Notes under the pieces: model-generated
The model's database searches: none
The model's input: the letters and a program-made list of their open reading frames with translations, nothing else
What the model was told of the DNA's origin: nothing
Program-made: the position numbers and the translations under genes
Part shown: one piece after another, positions 1-14,000 of the stretch
Layout of the letters: every line of letters begins with the position of its first letter
Position numbering within the stretch: position 1 is the first letter of the stretch
NCBI RefSeq assembly: GCF_030028105.1
Contig: NC_092381.1
Coordinates: 62,026,505 to 62,090,504 of the forward strand
Length of the DNA: 64,000 nt
DNA from: Mobula birostris
Taxonomy: Eukaryota
Reading direction: 5' to 3'

Positions 1-99
1 AAATGTGCATGCTTGTGAACTGAGCCAAAAAGGTACTTGCCAGTAAATATAAATCCTCTCTATGCCTAACTGATCATTATTACTAACGGGCAATCCTCG

Positions 100-880
100 T
101 AACACAACCTACTACCATCTCTGCTTCCTAACTTGGAGCCAATTTTGAATCCACCTAACTACAGTAGCTCCCCCTGAATTCCATTATGCCTAACGTTCCA
201 GGCCTACCTCCATGTGGGACCTTGTCAAAGGTCTTGCCCATGTCAGAATAGACATCTACTGTCCTATCCTCACCTACCATTTTGGTTACCTCTTCAAAAA
301 TGTTGAAAGGTTAGTCAAATACAACTTCCCATGAACAAAGCCTGCTGACCTCCTAATTTGACTCTGACTATCCAAATCGTGGTAGATCCTGTCCCTCAGA
401 AACTCAAGTAACTTCCCCAACACTGATACCAGGCTGACCATCCTGGGATTCCCTGCCTTGACCTTACTACTCTTTTTTTTTAAGCTATCTTCCAGTCTTC
501 AGGAACATCGCCACTGGCTAACGATAAAGCAAATACTACCATCCTGGTAATATGCCTTCCAAAACATCTTCACTTGATTCTTTTACCTGCTGAGCAACGA
601 CTTTCGCCTCAGTAAACAACAAGAAGTATTTAGATTAAAATCCCATCACCTCCTGCAGGTGGCCCTGCTAATCTCGAAGGGGCCCGACTCTGCAGGAACC
701 TCTTGGGATTTTCCTCACCCTTCCATGCCAGATCCATCTCATACCCTCTTTGTTATCTTGATTTCCCACTTACAAGTATTTCTAATCTCTTTAAGGTCAT
801 CAAGGGATTCACTCAATTGCGACCTCCTAAACAAAATATATGACTCCTTATTTTTGCTGGCCAGAGCCTCAGTACCTCCC
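100..880 (-). mobile_element. Decayed CR1 LINE ORF2 fragment
   Basis: Reverse complement resembles the VD.Y.D..KxFDKVPH RT region (ccttgtcaaaggtcttg...gacatctactg) seen in the intact CR1s; boundaries approximate. Confidence 0.65.
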
Positions 881-929
881 AATAGCCAAGGTCCTGGGTG
901 GAAAGGATCAGAATTTAAAACCCAAGTCC

Positions 930-1830
930 GTTCTGAATGCAGTCTGAAGGGAACGTGCAAGTGGCGGTACTCTCACGCTCCTGCTCTTCTTGTGCTTCTT
1001 ATTGGTAGAGTCTGTAAATTTGGGAGCGACTGTCAGAATAACCTAGGGAAGTAACTCCAATGCATTTGGTAGATGGTACACTCTACAGCCAGTGGACTGG
1101 TGACAGAGAGAATGAATGCTGAGGGTGGTCAATGAGGTATGAATTATGTTACTATTTTCTGGATGGTGTTAAGCTTCACAAGTTGCTGAAACTTCCCTGA
1201 TCTAGGCAAGCGGAGAGTATTCCATGATTCACTTAACCTGAGCCTTGCAGAAAGTGGAAAAGTTTGCGGAGGTAAGTCACTCACTGTGGAATACACAGAC
1301 TCTGACCTACTTTTGTAACCAATGCTATCTATGGCCAGCCCAAATGAGTTTCTGGTCAATAGTGATCTGCACGATGGTGCTGGTGTGAGCTTTGTAATGG
1401 AGATACTACTGAATGGCTAAGGTAGGTGATGAAACTCTATTGTTGGCTGCCACTTCTGTAGCACAATTGTTTTCTGCTTGGATCAGTTTGCATCCAAATG
1501 TTATTTGTGCCATGCTGAATGCAGGATAAGGAGTTTTGAATAGAATCAAATCCTGTCCAACTGTCAGTGAACATCTCTAGTTCTGACATTAATAAGGAAG
1601 GAAAGTCACTCATGAAATAGCTCATGATGCCGTCCTGCTGCTGTAATGTCCTGGGGTTGTGAGGATTGACCTCAGCAACCTCAACATCTTTCATCATTCA
1701 GGTATACTCCAGTTCCTGCAGTGCTTTCCTCTTGATGCCTATTGGCTAATTCTACCACATCTTTCTGATACCACGCGTAATCAAATGTTACGTTGATGTC
1801 AAAGATGAAACAGTCTCTATCAAATGTATC
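930..1830 (-). mobile_element. Old CR1-group LINE fragment (different family)
   Basis: Degenerate RT remnants FDINVTFDYAWYQ (cf. LDIKAAFDRVWH) and LVKLNTIQ; boundaries approximate. Confidence 0.55.
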
Positions 1831-2004
1831 TCTGAATACACAGGACACTGAAAACACCTGCAAAAATATGATGGGTATGAAAACCAGCTAAATTGGAGAC
1901 TTTGTTTAAAAGTAATCAAAAACCAATGAGCAAATTAGGCAATCACTCAAATCCGTTTACTAAGACTATTTCAAGTTAAAAACATAATTTAGGAGAAATC
2001 TTGC

Positions 2005-2091
2005 CTGCTTTCAGCATTGGTCAGGTTGCCAGTACATTCATTCACCTCCAGGGGGCACTCACAGGGGCACTCACATTCATTTTGTTCCATT
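2005..2091 (-). CDS. CACHD1: CACHD1 exon 21 (87 nt), GC donor
   Basis: [28 protein letters not shown] followed by AG|gcaaga. Confidence 0.92.
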
Positions 2092-5000
2092 CTAAATAAA
2101 ACAAAGTACATGTTACATGAGAACATAATTGATCGCCTCTCACCAACTTTTCATATAGATACATTTCTTCCTTGTGCTCAATGAAATAATAAAACACTTC
2201 CTTTCAGTTATGTTAACACTCTCCCCATCCCCAAAATCCTGGCCAAACTTCTCCAAAACAAGCTTATAGAATTTAACATCAATTATTGCTTCAAAGAGGA
2301 TAACTCACTTGCTGAATAAAAGCCTTATGTGCAACATCACTGTTGTCCCATTGTTCCCCCATGAGAATTATAAATTTAAACTGCGCTTTGAAGCAGTGTA
2401 TGGCAAATCAGGAAAACATAACAGCTCTAGGTTCAGTGGGCCAGAGAGGATTGAAAGGTGCAGCATCCCACAACTTATTGTACAACTCAAATCCAACAAG
2501 CATCCTTACAATCTGTCATGTAAAAAGATGCTGAAGGTGAAAACAGTAATCAATGCCTCTAAACATTCCTCAGTTCTCAGCATTTACCTTGAATTAGAGA
2601 TAGGCATTTTCCAGCAAATTCAATTACTTTAACATCCATCTAAAGGATTCTATGTTCATTATATGAGTTGGGATATTAATATTTCATAATAACATAAAAG
2701 GCAACTGTTCAATCAACTGAATCTCTGCTACCTCACAGAACAATCTCAACCCCCACTAAATTTCCCTGTAACCAATTCATCACACATTTCCAAAAATTCT
2801 ATTAACCCACCCTACATGAGGAGTAATATACAGTGGCCAATCAACCCTCCAGGTGGCATGTCTTTGGATTATGGAAGGAAATTCATGCAGTCACAAAGAG
2901 TTCTCATAGAAAAGAGAAGTGAGTTGGGACTAAACCCAGGGCACTGGGCTGTGAGGTAGAAGTTCAACTAAGTGCACCAAATTGCCTTGTTCTCCATCTT
3001 TCTTCCCCTCTACCACCCCGTTTCACCTCCACCTGCGAAATTGACCATGGACTTCATAAATAGCATAAATAATTGAAGGACCAAAACACTTCCTGAAGAA
3101 CCATTACTTATTAAATAAAATTAACTCCAATCTTCACTTCCACAAGTGATTTGATGTCTCTGTAAAGTAGTGGTCCCCAACCACCGGACTGCAGACCGGT
3201 ACCGGGCCGCAAAGCATGCGCTACCGGGCCATGAGGAACAATATGATTTGGCGATAGGAGTCAGCTGCACCTTTCCTCATTGCTTGTCATGCCCACTGTT
3301 GAGCCATTACGCACGCGAGGTCATTACCCGCGCATCACCCATGTCAGCGCGGGAAGAAGATCAACTCCTTGAGCTTGCAAATGACGGCGCGCTGAAAAGT
3401 ACGTTTGACATAACACCTCTGCCAGCATTCTGGATCTCAAAGTCAAGGCTAAATATCCTGAGATAGCCACGAAAGCACTGAAAACGTTGCTTCCAATTCC
3501 AACATATCTCTGCAATGAATGCAACGAAAACCAAATTGTGTAATAGACTGGACATAAGGAACCCCGTTCGCTGTCTCCCATCACCCCTCGATGGGACCAT
3601 CTTGTTTCAGGGAAACAAGCATTCAGCCCAGGGCTCCCACTGATTCAGCGATATTGGTGTGTTGCAATGATTTTATATGTTCATACGGGGAAAATATGTG
3701 CTGTGTTTAATATCCAAACATTACTTAAAATGTTATGATGCTATTGACTTACTTATATAACCATATAACAATTACAAGCCACCTCTGCCCTTCTAGTCCG
3801 TGCCGAACGCTACTCTCACCTAATCCCACCGACCTGCACTCAGCCTATAACCCTCCATTCCTTTCCTGCCCATATACCTATCCAATTTTTCTTTAAATAA
3901 TATCGAACCTGCCTCTACCACTTCTACTGGAAGTTCGTTCAACACTTACTTCAAGCTCCCCTGATAATTGACTTATCGCTATATTCATGCACTATATGTT
4001 TAATATTAAATTCGTTAGATAAACCCTTTTAGAAATGAAATTGAGTGTATTAGCCACTTATCACCTATATTCCAGTCATGATTAACATCCCCCGCCCCAC
4101 CAACAGAATCGCCAAAAGTGATTTGTAGAAAACATCGGCACGTACACGCATACGCAAAGCACGCATGCGCACTGGTGCCCGCGCAAGGCTTCATGGTCAT
4201 TGTAGTCTCTCTGTGTAAACAACGTATTTGGCCCTACTCTTGTCCGTTGGCAACCCTACCCCCCGCTCCCCCCGGGTCGGCCGGTCCGCAAGAATATTGT
4301 CAATGTGAAACCGGTCGGCAGTGAAAAAAAGGTTGGGGACCCCTGCTGTAAAGCAAGGTTATTCATAAATAGATAGCCTCATCACTACACATTGGGATGA
4401 ACACAGTGGAAAGTTACCCAGTAGGGATCATCTTTACAAGAGTGCCCCTGATGGGGCAAAACAATGTAGGACATAACATTAGACAAGAAACAGCTCACTA
4501 AACAAAATTTTTGCCTTTTGCTTAATTTCAATGACAGGCTTTACCAAGTCTTCCTCTTGCTAATTGCCAATGTTTACTGAGCAAACCTTGGAAATGAGCT
4601 TTTAATCATATAAAGTAAGCTACAAACACATAAGGAACTAAAATGTAGTGTCCTTAGAAAATGTCAGGGCCATGAAAGTAATCGCACAGAATTCCAAACA
4701 ATTTACTAATATTTCCAAATACTTGTGTTCACTATTTATGGCAGGGAGAGTTTTTCTTCCTTCTCCCGTCTGCGTGAGATGTGGGACATTTGAGAGACTT
4801 TGAACTTTTACTGTGCTCATGGACTTCTTCATCAAGTTATGGTATTGTCGCACTGTTGTAACGATATGTTATAATTATGTGGTTTTGTTAAGTTTTTTTT
4901 CAGTCTTGGTCTGTCCTGTGTCTTGTGATATCACACCAGAGGAAATATTGTATCATTTCTTAATACATGCATTACTAAATGACAATAAAAGAGGACTGCA

Positions 5001-8000
5001 TGTCTTCATAATCTAATCTAATTCTTATTTCTATTGCATACACAGCTTAACTTTGTTTTATATGACAATTTCAGATAATGCTCATTTCCATTTTTTGCCA
5101 ACATAATGCCACGCTATCTTCAATTATGAATGGCACAGAAAATCTACTAACTTATTAACCTCCTTATGATGTTAATGTACAATTCTAATCCAATTTAAGT
5201 GACACAACACTGACCTGTGACAGTTCAGGCAAAGTCTGTCCACCATGCTGCAGGCACAGAAAGCAAGTGCATCACATGTTTCATTGACAATTCCAAGAAA
5301 TGCATTGGTGCCAGGAATCCTGGTCAATCGGTACTTCGAGCAATGGCTACCATGAACAAGATTTGTCAGATCACCCTATCAAAAGAAAATGTACAGTAAT
5401 ATCATGGAAAGAAAACAGTTTCAATAAACTGGGTTAAAGATTATATTACTGCATTCAATCTGAGGTTCATGTGATCTTATCGGGGAGCTAAAATTAACCT
5501 CATTATTTCTGGTTGAAAAGGAAGGTGAGCATGGGATCTTAACGTTGGCTGGTGTAATCCACACCAAATGGTTTGTGAAAAATTCTAGACAATTTCCAGA
5601 CTTAATTCATTCGTATTGCTTCAGGCTGAAGTTTAAATGGCTGCATTTTGCATACCAATGTGTAGAAAACTGCAGGCAAATCCAGCACAAGGAAAAAGGA
5701 ATACTTGGAGGAACATTGACACACAAATCACTTGTGAGACTAATGGAAAGGAATGAAAAAGAGAAAACTTGCATACTAATAACATGACAATGCAGCATTA
5801 ACACCCTGGTGAAGAAAACTTGCTGTTTACGATGATTGGAAGATATAGCTTGTGTGCTACACCATCTCCAGAAGGCAGTACTGAAGCATGGTGTAAGAGA
5901 GTGAAGCAGAGCTTCACAAATGAGGACAGCAGGTGTATGACTTGATAGCAAACCCAGAGGTGATCATTCCCTCCACTCACTGTTACATATTTAATGCAGG
6001 GCTGTTAACATAATGGCACTCCAAAATTACTTTTGAAGCTTCTTTTGTACAGAGGAGCCTGTGTCTACAGTAATCACCTGCCAAAATGAGGTACATTTCT
6101 CTTTGGTGGCAGTGACAGCTATAAAACCAACAGTCATAAGGCACAGATCATCTCTTCAAAGTTAAAGCTGGGTTCATTGTTGTATGCACAGGCGCAATGA
6201 GAAACTTGCAGCAGCCTCACAAGCACACTGTATTGGAAACAGTGCATTCACGTAGAAAACATATTAAAACAGTTCAGGACGGCCCTGGAGAGAGTGGAAC
6301 TTTGCTGGCAGTTAGCAGCAACATGCCCTGATCGTACCTGCTCTGTTTGTGACCTTAGTTCATTTTCCTCCACTAAGGAGGTTCTCATTATTGACGAGCA
6401 ATATGACCAAAAGCTACAAACTAACCGAAGTCATCTTGCCAGAACATTAATCTTAACCTTGGCTCCGTATCAGGATTTTACCACCTGAAGCGAGAATGTT
6501 GTGGTTTCAGGTCACGCTTACTGGATTTAAACACAAAAGTTCAACCTGATTAACCCAGACCAGTTTTGAACAGTTAGTTCATCCTCAATACTTGCAGGTG
6601 GAAAGCAAAGGCCTCACCTGCCTTCTCAGGTGGAGGGAAAAGTTCAAATGGCAGTATCTGTAGGGCATTCTCTCCAATGCCCTGGGCACTATTTGCTACT
6701 AAACTGACCCTGTCCAAAGTTACAGTTAAAGAGAAGTTCTTCCAGCATTAAATCCCTTTACCTACTGTGTGTCAGGAGAAATAAGAATGTTACAACACAC
6801 AATAAATTAGGCTTCTGTGCCCACAAAGTTGAGCTGCTGTTTGCATTGGCTTGCCAGCAGAGAAAGCTTATTCCTCAAATGTGGCAAAACCCCCAAGCTT
6901 CTTCCAGCAACCTGGGGCAAAGATTTCCGAATAAGGATTGAAAAAAAATAATTAGCACATAATTCTATTTAGTTGCTGGTGCTGTGAAACAAGGGCACTT
7001 TACTACGGATGGCAAGAAGCCAAGTTGTCTTTTCAATAATATTTAAAAATCGTGCTGAATTCGTATAAGACATTGTTGAGGCCCAACTTGGAGTATTGTG
7101 TGTAGTTTTGGTTACCTACAGTACCTACAGGAAAAATGTAAACAAGGTTGAAAGAGTACCGAGAAAATTCACAAGGATGTTGCTGGGACAGGAGGACCTG
7201 AGAAAAGAATGAATAGGTTCACCCCAGTTTGGATGATTTGAAGGCAATTTTAAGTTAAGAGTTATAATTTTACACATGAACAGCATTCAATTTTCTGAAA
7301 ATTGCAGATGGATTTAGTTCAACCATTGATGTATTTAGAATTTCCAGACATGTGTGCCTATCAAAGAGCACATTTTGATTTGTCTGGTTACAGAACTTTA
7401 TTAAGATCACGATCTTTAAATGAGATGACACATTATTGCACATGCACCGTGCATTTCTCGAAATAGCCTCCTCCTCCATACTTGGAGGCTACTGAAGCTG
7501 CAGTGACATCAATTGGCTTAAGTCACATGATCTTTCACCATGAATTTGGTTTAAAAAGGCTAAGCAAGCATACATGTGTGGAGATTTAAACAATGCTCCT
7601 ACTTATTGCCAGCAACCCAGGCACTGCAAAATCACCCAGGATAGGTCACTTATCCCTTGGAATCTGTTCCTAGTTTCTCCTAAAGTGACAATAAGGCTCA
7701 GAAACTTCTGTTCTGATTTGCAATGTCTTTAGACAAAGTATGCCTTTGGAGTTTTGGAATAATTTCTAAATCGTGGTGTTTAAAGACAGACTTACTACAA
7801 TGCTGGTGTTAAATTTGTAGAACCGCTGCACTGTTCTGTCACTGAAACTGTTGCAAAGATTTTTCTTCACAAAATTAGGATGATTTAGAATGTCATTTGC
7901 CACCAGAGGTTCCTGATTAAAAAAAATAAAGAAAACATTTAGTTTCAATTCTATTAAAATGTTACAATTGCATAGATCTTCAACTCTCTGACAGCACAGC

Positions 8001-11000
8001 AAGAAAAGACGTACACTTCATGACTGCATCCACACGCTGAAGAATTGTGTCATTATTTACTATTTTAATTCTTACAACTCAGAAATCCATTCTAATGGCC
8101 GGTATCTGAATCAAATTGCTGGCTTATGCATATGCCTTCATTTGTCTGATATAGGCATATGGTCGCCTTTTGGAACACATTCCATTCTCATACATTATGA
8201 TGGGGTTAATTAGCTCTCATTATTCACAGGGGCCTGCAGGAGCTTGGCTATTTAAATCACAAAGGTCATCAGCACAGGACACTCATCCACCTAGGGTCAC
8301 TTAAAAATGCAACAGTATTATCCAATAACAGATACAGCAATGGAGACACTGTTTTAGCACCAATTTCAGCGGAATTCCTTGCAAACAGCACAAATAACAC
8401 ATCATAATCTAAGAAAAGTGGGCACCACAATCGATAAAAACAAATGCATATTGAGCTGGCAAGCTTACCACTTTATCACAAATTACAAAAATGTTGAAGT
8501 GAATATGGACATGGCCTACAAGTATGAGCATTGCAAACGTGCTCTATGGCTATATTTATTAATCAGAAAAGCAATCGATCCTATCTAGATTTCCTGTCTG
8601 GCTGATAGCTAAGTCACTGAGTTACAATGAATTATAAAATTGGATTATTCAAAGTCACTCAGAACATACAAGTCCTTTTGAGGATCCATCAATTAAACAG
8701 TTTGGGTAGTCAATCATTAACAATGCTCCCAAAACACAGCCATCTGATTCTGGTATCCAGCTATCTTGTCTACCTCAAAGAATCAGATTCAATTTAATAT
8801 TTTATCTCCAGCAAGAAAACACATTAAGAAGCCCAATTACGTCTTTGTAGAAGAAGTCTTACAAATTTAAATAAATTATTTCCGTTTTTTTTAACAAAAC
8901 CTCCATATACCAAGTCAACTAAGAACTAATGGGATAAATCAACCATCCGGTACATTGACCAAGTAGTGAGCAGTTGCAATGCAGTTTGCAGCGAAGTTAT
9001 ACTCTATATTTTTTTTAAATGAACTCTGCAAAGCTACACATTCACGTGATTTTTTTTCCATTACTTTGTGGGTGATGTGTTGCTGCTCCACAGGCGCATG
9101 GCCTTTGGGGTCAATTAGAGTTGGATGTGCCAAGAGATAGCCTTTGTCTTCCATGATAAAGCACCTAATGAAAGAAAGTCAATTAGTTCAAGGAAATTCT
9201 CAGCAAAATAGCAGCTAATGCTTTAATGTAGCAAGAAACAAAAATATAAATTCTAATCAGAAAGCAACATCGAGCAACTTAAAACATGTATGATATATTA
9301 TAATAAAACTCGATCATAAGAAATGATGACCTTCTACCAAGAACAGAAAGACCACTTAAATATGCATCCCTCCCATAGATGTAGAAATATCTTTTTCTTA
9401 AAATAAAAATGAGATCAAATACAAAATGACTTATTTTCTTCTTTAATAGATCCCATGTCATTAGAAAGTTGGCCGTTCCTCAGCTGGAACTACCTGATTT
9501 TGTTGCCTCCATCTTGATTGCAAATGGGTAACAAATCCAAAAGAACCTTGTAAAAGTATCGCAGGGTGAAATCCACTCCCATCACAGCCACAGCATGTCC
9601 TGGTGCCAAAAGAGACCTTGGGGAGAAATTTTAAAAAACAGTACTTTGACATATTTCTTACCAATGTCTGACCTGAAGTTCCTCTAGCTAACTTCAATGT
9701 GCTTCCACAGCAATGCAAGATTCCTAAACTCCAGAAGTAAATGCCAATGAAGGTTATGAAGCACAATTTCTCTTGTCAAAATCTTTTCTGCTGCAACAAT
9801 CAGCAACTTGTACATTCTGAAGCAACATTTACAGATGAACGTCATTTATCAAGTTGAACGAAATAAACAAGGTGATGGATCTTCACATTACCTGGATGAA
9901 TGAATAGTGTGGCTCAGTGTAACAACGTAACCAGCTCCTCCAACATCAAGATATGGGCCAGTGAAGGTAATCAGAGCAGGGTTTGCCATTGCATGCAGAT
10001 ACCTAGCAACAACAGTCCAATTTTTACAGAATTAGAGAACTCTCCAAGGGCGTGATTAAAAGGTTTGAAGATACTCTTGAATACAATGCAAAAGATTATT
10101 TTCCCTAAATTATGTTGTCCCACACCATGCTGCTCTAGGTTTTTACCAATATCATTTAACAGGAAGAAAATGGGAGCCACCTAATTGGCAAAATTTCTCC
10201 ATGTTTCTTCCTGGCAGATTCTAAATAGCTTCAGTGTTACTCCACAATAAACTGAGCAAAGCAGTGACACAAGGACTACATGCAGTCACGAACCCTGGCG
10301 CACTAATCATGTACACTGAATGCTCATATTGCTTTGACCATAGGCACATTCACAACAGCAATAAAGGGGCCTTAATACTGCCCTCAGTGTATGGGCTAGA
10401 GAAGGGAGAGCCCCTTGATAAGCGAACAAGAGAGCTTGATGGCACTGCAGCACAGTTAAGGGGCTCGCTCCCTCACAGAATGAATAGCAATACGAGGTGA
10501 GGGAAATGAAGAAATTGGGAGTGCAAGGTAGGGGAGTGTTAAAATATTACCTTTAAAGCACTTTGTTGAATACAACTGAAACTTCAGTTTTAAAGGAGAG
10601 TGTGTTACTGTTGGGTTACACAGGATGTCCTCAATCACAGAGGAAATACATTCAGTACGCTCAAACAGAAAAACAACCAAGCAATCACTAAGTTCAAAAC
10701 AATACAAACAAACTAACAGACAACTTCAGATGCAACATCATCAAAATGCTTTGTTAATTATACAAACACAAATAACAACATCAATCACTTCAGTGCTCAG
10801 ACAAACTCTGCTCACTATGGTGAGAAGCAAACATTTTTTTTTCTAAGAGACTTTGCTTTAGAGGCTATTTGTAACACTCTTCCTGTGGATCTGTAAAACT
10901 CACCACTGTCTCCTGGTGGGATCAAATGCTTTATCCATGAGAGAGCCAGGGTAAATCCGAAGCACCCCATTGGGCGTTGCTATGTAACGACGGACAATGT

Positions 11001-14000
11001 AACTGTTTAGGATGCTGATTTCCATTTGTGACATCCATTCATCTGTTACGTGACTGGTAGCCATGACTTCGTTTCTGACAGAGGACTACACACAGGCAGA
11101 GAGAAAAAGAACAGGACTACTTAAAGATATGCCCAGAACTTTTCAAAGCTGTGAATCAATCCTGTTAATATGCTTTTTTAATCAGACTGTATAAAATTGC
11201 ATGGACAGCTTCCCTCATATATATAAAATAAAGATTATGTGCGGATTTTAGAGTTTCAATTTATCCAGACAAGGGAAAGATAATAAGCTTAATTTCACAT
11301 GTGAATACCTGAAGGGATTCCCTTTAAGAACTGACTTTAAAAATTGAAAAACCTAATGAAGGATCAGGGGTCACATTGCTGGATGCCAGAGAGGGAGGTA
11401 ACAAAGAGCAGCTCTAGGATCCCTGAGCCTGAGATCATCATTGAATACAGCAAGAATGCAGGAGGGATCAAACATATGTAGGTGATTTATTTTCACTTAG
11501 GAAAAACAAAAAAAAAATTTGATATCTGTCAACATATACACTTCACAAGATTTAGGTGTATAAAGATATTCTTGACAACCAGGTTTTAATTCAGCCCTGC
11601 TCTCCAAACCCCCTGCTGCCACTGGGTTTCCACACTATTGAATGGCTGAGGTATCACCTCGCACTCACTTCACCCTGCAGTTCAATTACTGATTGGATCA
11701 TTTTTATTTCTAGAGAGCACTTTCAACTGAAAGGTACTAGCGAAAAGTAATGGCTGAATTGAAGCACAAAACAAGAACTGCAACCACAACACACTGAATT
11801 GTATTTATTTTAAGTTTTGCTCCCAACTCTAGCTATTGATGCAACACATGAAGGGTTAATGATCACTCCACAAGTCCAGGGAATGTATGAGGCAAGATGC
11901 AAAATGGCTATTAATGCTACAACTAAAGTGAAAAAAATCCCAAGAATACATTTATGAAGGAGTATCTTGTACCAATTTGAAATAAATTTGATTAGAAATG
12001 CTGCTTCAGGACAGACAGATGCATTTTCTACAGTGGAACTATAATTATTTGAAAATCTGTCACTTGCTTCACAGACTTTGTAAAAGCACACTGTGTACAA
12101 CTGCGATCTGTCTGGTCACTTATTTATCTCCTATCTGAGAATAATAAAGCAATATTATTAACCACCCGCACTTCAGAATAAAGGATCCGATTTTGCATTA
12201 CTGCTCAGTGAACTAAGCATAATACTGTCTACAGAATATTATCTCTTCACCTTTGGCTCTGGAAAGAATTGCTGCACCACTTGCCTCTGAGTTCCAGAGC
12301 AGGACTTGTGCTGCTGTGAAATTTCTGCCCCAGTCAGCAAGAGAATGTTATGAGTAGGTGGTTATCTCCGCTTCTCTGCATCACAAAATATGTGAAGGGT
12401 TCAGTTCCTGAGATGCCCTCAGAGATTAAACCAAACTATTTGCAATCTTGACATCTTGTTTGATTGCAAACATGGTTTTCAAACCCCCAAGGCAACATTT
12501 CACCTTCAACAAGTTGCAAAATAAAGTTAAACACATTGATTAAAGTGACAGCACAAAACTTATAGAAATCAAATCTCACTTTGAGTCCTGGATTGGCGAT
12601 GAGGCGTGTGTTGTCACTCAGATAAGCTGTATAATGCTCCACCATTCGTTTGGTCTCTGCTTGACTGAGGTGCTCAAATGGAGATGAAAAGCTGCCTGCA
12701 GATAGCATGACAGTGGGGCTTTCTGCAAGAGACACAAGAATTAAATAAACTCCTCTTAATCATGCTCAGTACTTAATGGCAACTGTTGTTGGCGACGATG
12801 ATACAAACTTAAATCTAAGTTTTGTTTAAATATTTGAAACTCACACCTAATAGACATCGATCAAACTTATACTGAAGACAAAATGTCACACTAAGAATGG
12901 AAATGATGGATGTGAAACCTGTTGTAAAGAACTTTGCCCCCAAGTTTTCTCCTTTTCCCTTGCAAATTCTAGCTCATGTTGGGATAAGGACTCATGGGCA
13001 ATCCTTGGATACCTCACACTGTTGCATAGCTGGATTTGAAGGCCCACTGGTATTAGGAGTTAGACACCTACGATCCTCCTGTGAAAGTTGGCAACTCACA
13101 CTTCAAGATGATAAGGAAGCTGACAACAGGAACTTGGGTTCGAGCTGAAAAGGTTACAGTGGGAGCCTTTATTGAATATTCCTGGACCTGATTCTAATTC
13201 TGCAGAATATGGCCAAAGTATTGAAAGGCAGGGCTTTTATTTTAAAAAGAGTTGATTTATTCTTAAAACAGTGTAATTGTGTGCTATTAACACTTCAGTT
13301 TTAATTTGTAATTGCAATTACTTGTTACAGCATCAACAGAGCTGTTCAACTGCACAAAACCCAATAGAAGTCTTCTAGTTCCTGTTCTATGTGACTCTGT
13401 TCCAGACCATTCTCCTCTGGGAGCTGGAAGCACAACTGGAAAGCACTAAATACAAATGCTGCGGTTTAGGAAATGAGACAAATCCAGAAGTTAAATACTA
13501 CTGTGCTGGGAATCTGAAATCAATGCTGGAAAATCTCAACTTGTCAGGGAGTATCTGTGGATAGAGAAACAAGAGTCACTGACCAGGTCCCTTTGACCAA
13601 CTACTCTAGCACAGTAGTGTTTGGGAAGTTGGCTGGACTGGTGAGAAACAAGTACCATAAAAAAGACATGTATGTTTTATATTTAACAATCCAGTAAAAC
13701 AATCAAAATTGTTCAAAAGAAAAACAGCTGACGAAGACTCTACAATTTCCAGCTCTGCTATACCCAACATGCTAAACCAAAGACTCATATAATTTGACCT
13801 AAAACAGAATTCTTTCATCTATGCTTGAAGATTAACAAATATGTGTGAGAGGCACAAAATGAGTGATGTGTTTCCTGTGGTTTCAGCTTTTTGTTCATAC
13901 TTAAAATATGCATTCCAGTTCATTTTAAATCCTTTTAATTTTGAAAATAAACATCTACTTAAAGTAAAATTTAAAAATTAAAGTTATATTTTTATTGATC

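Noticed and set aside
2052-2074. Tandem gggcactcaca repeat
   Set aside because: It simply encodes the CECPCECP repeat of exon 21.
10625-10846. Q/T-rich 73-aa plus-strand ORF, and most other short ORFs in the track
   Set aside because: Low-complexity intronic or antisense-TE frames with no recognisable domain or splice support.
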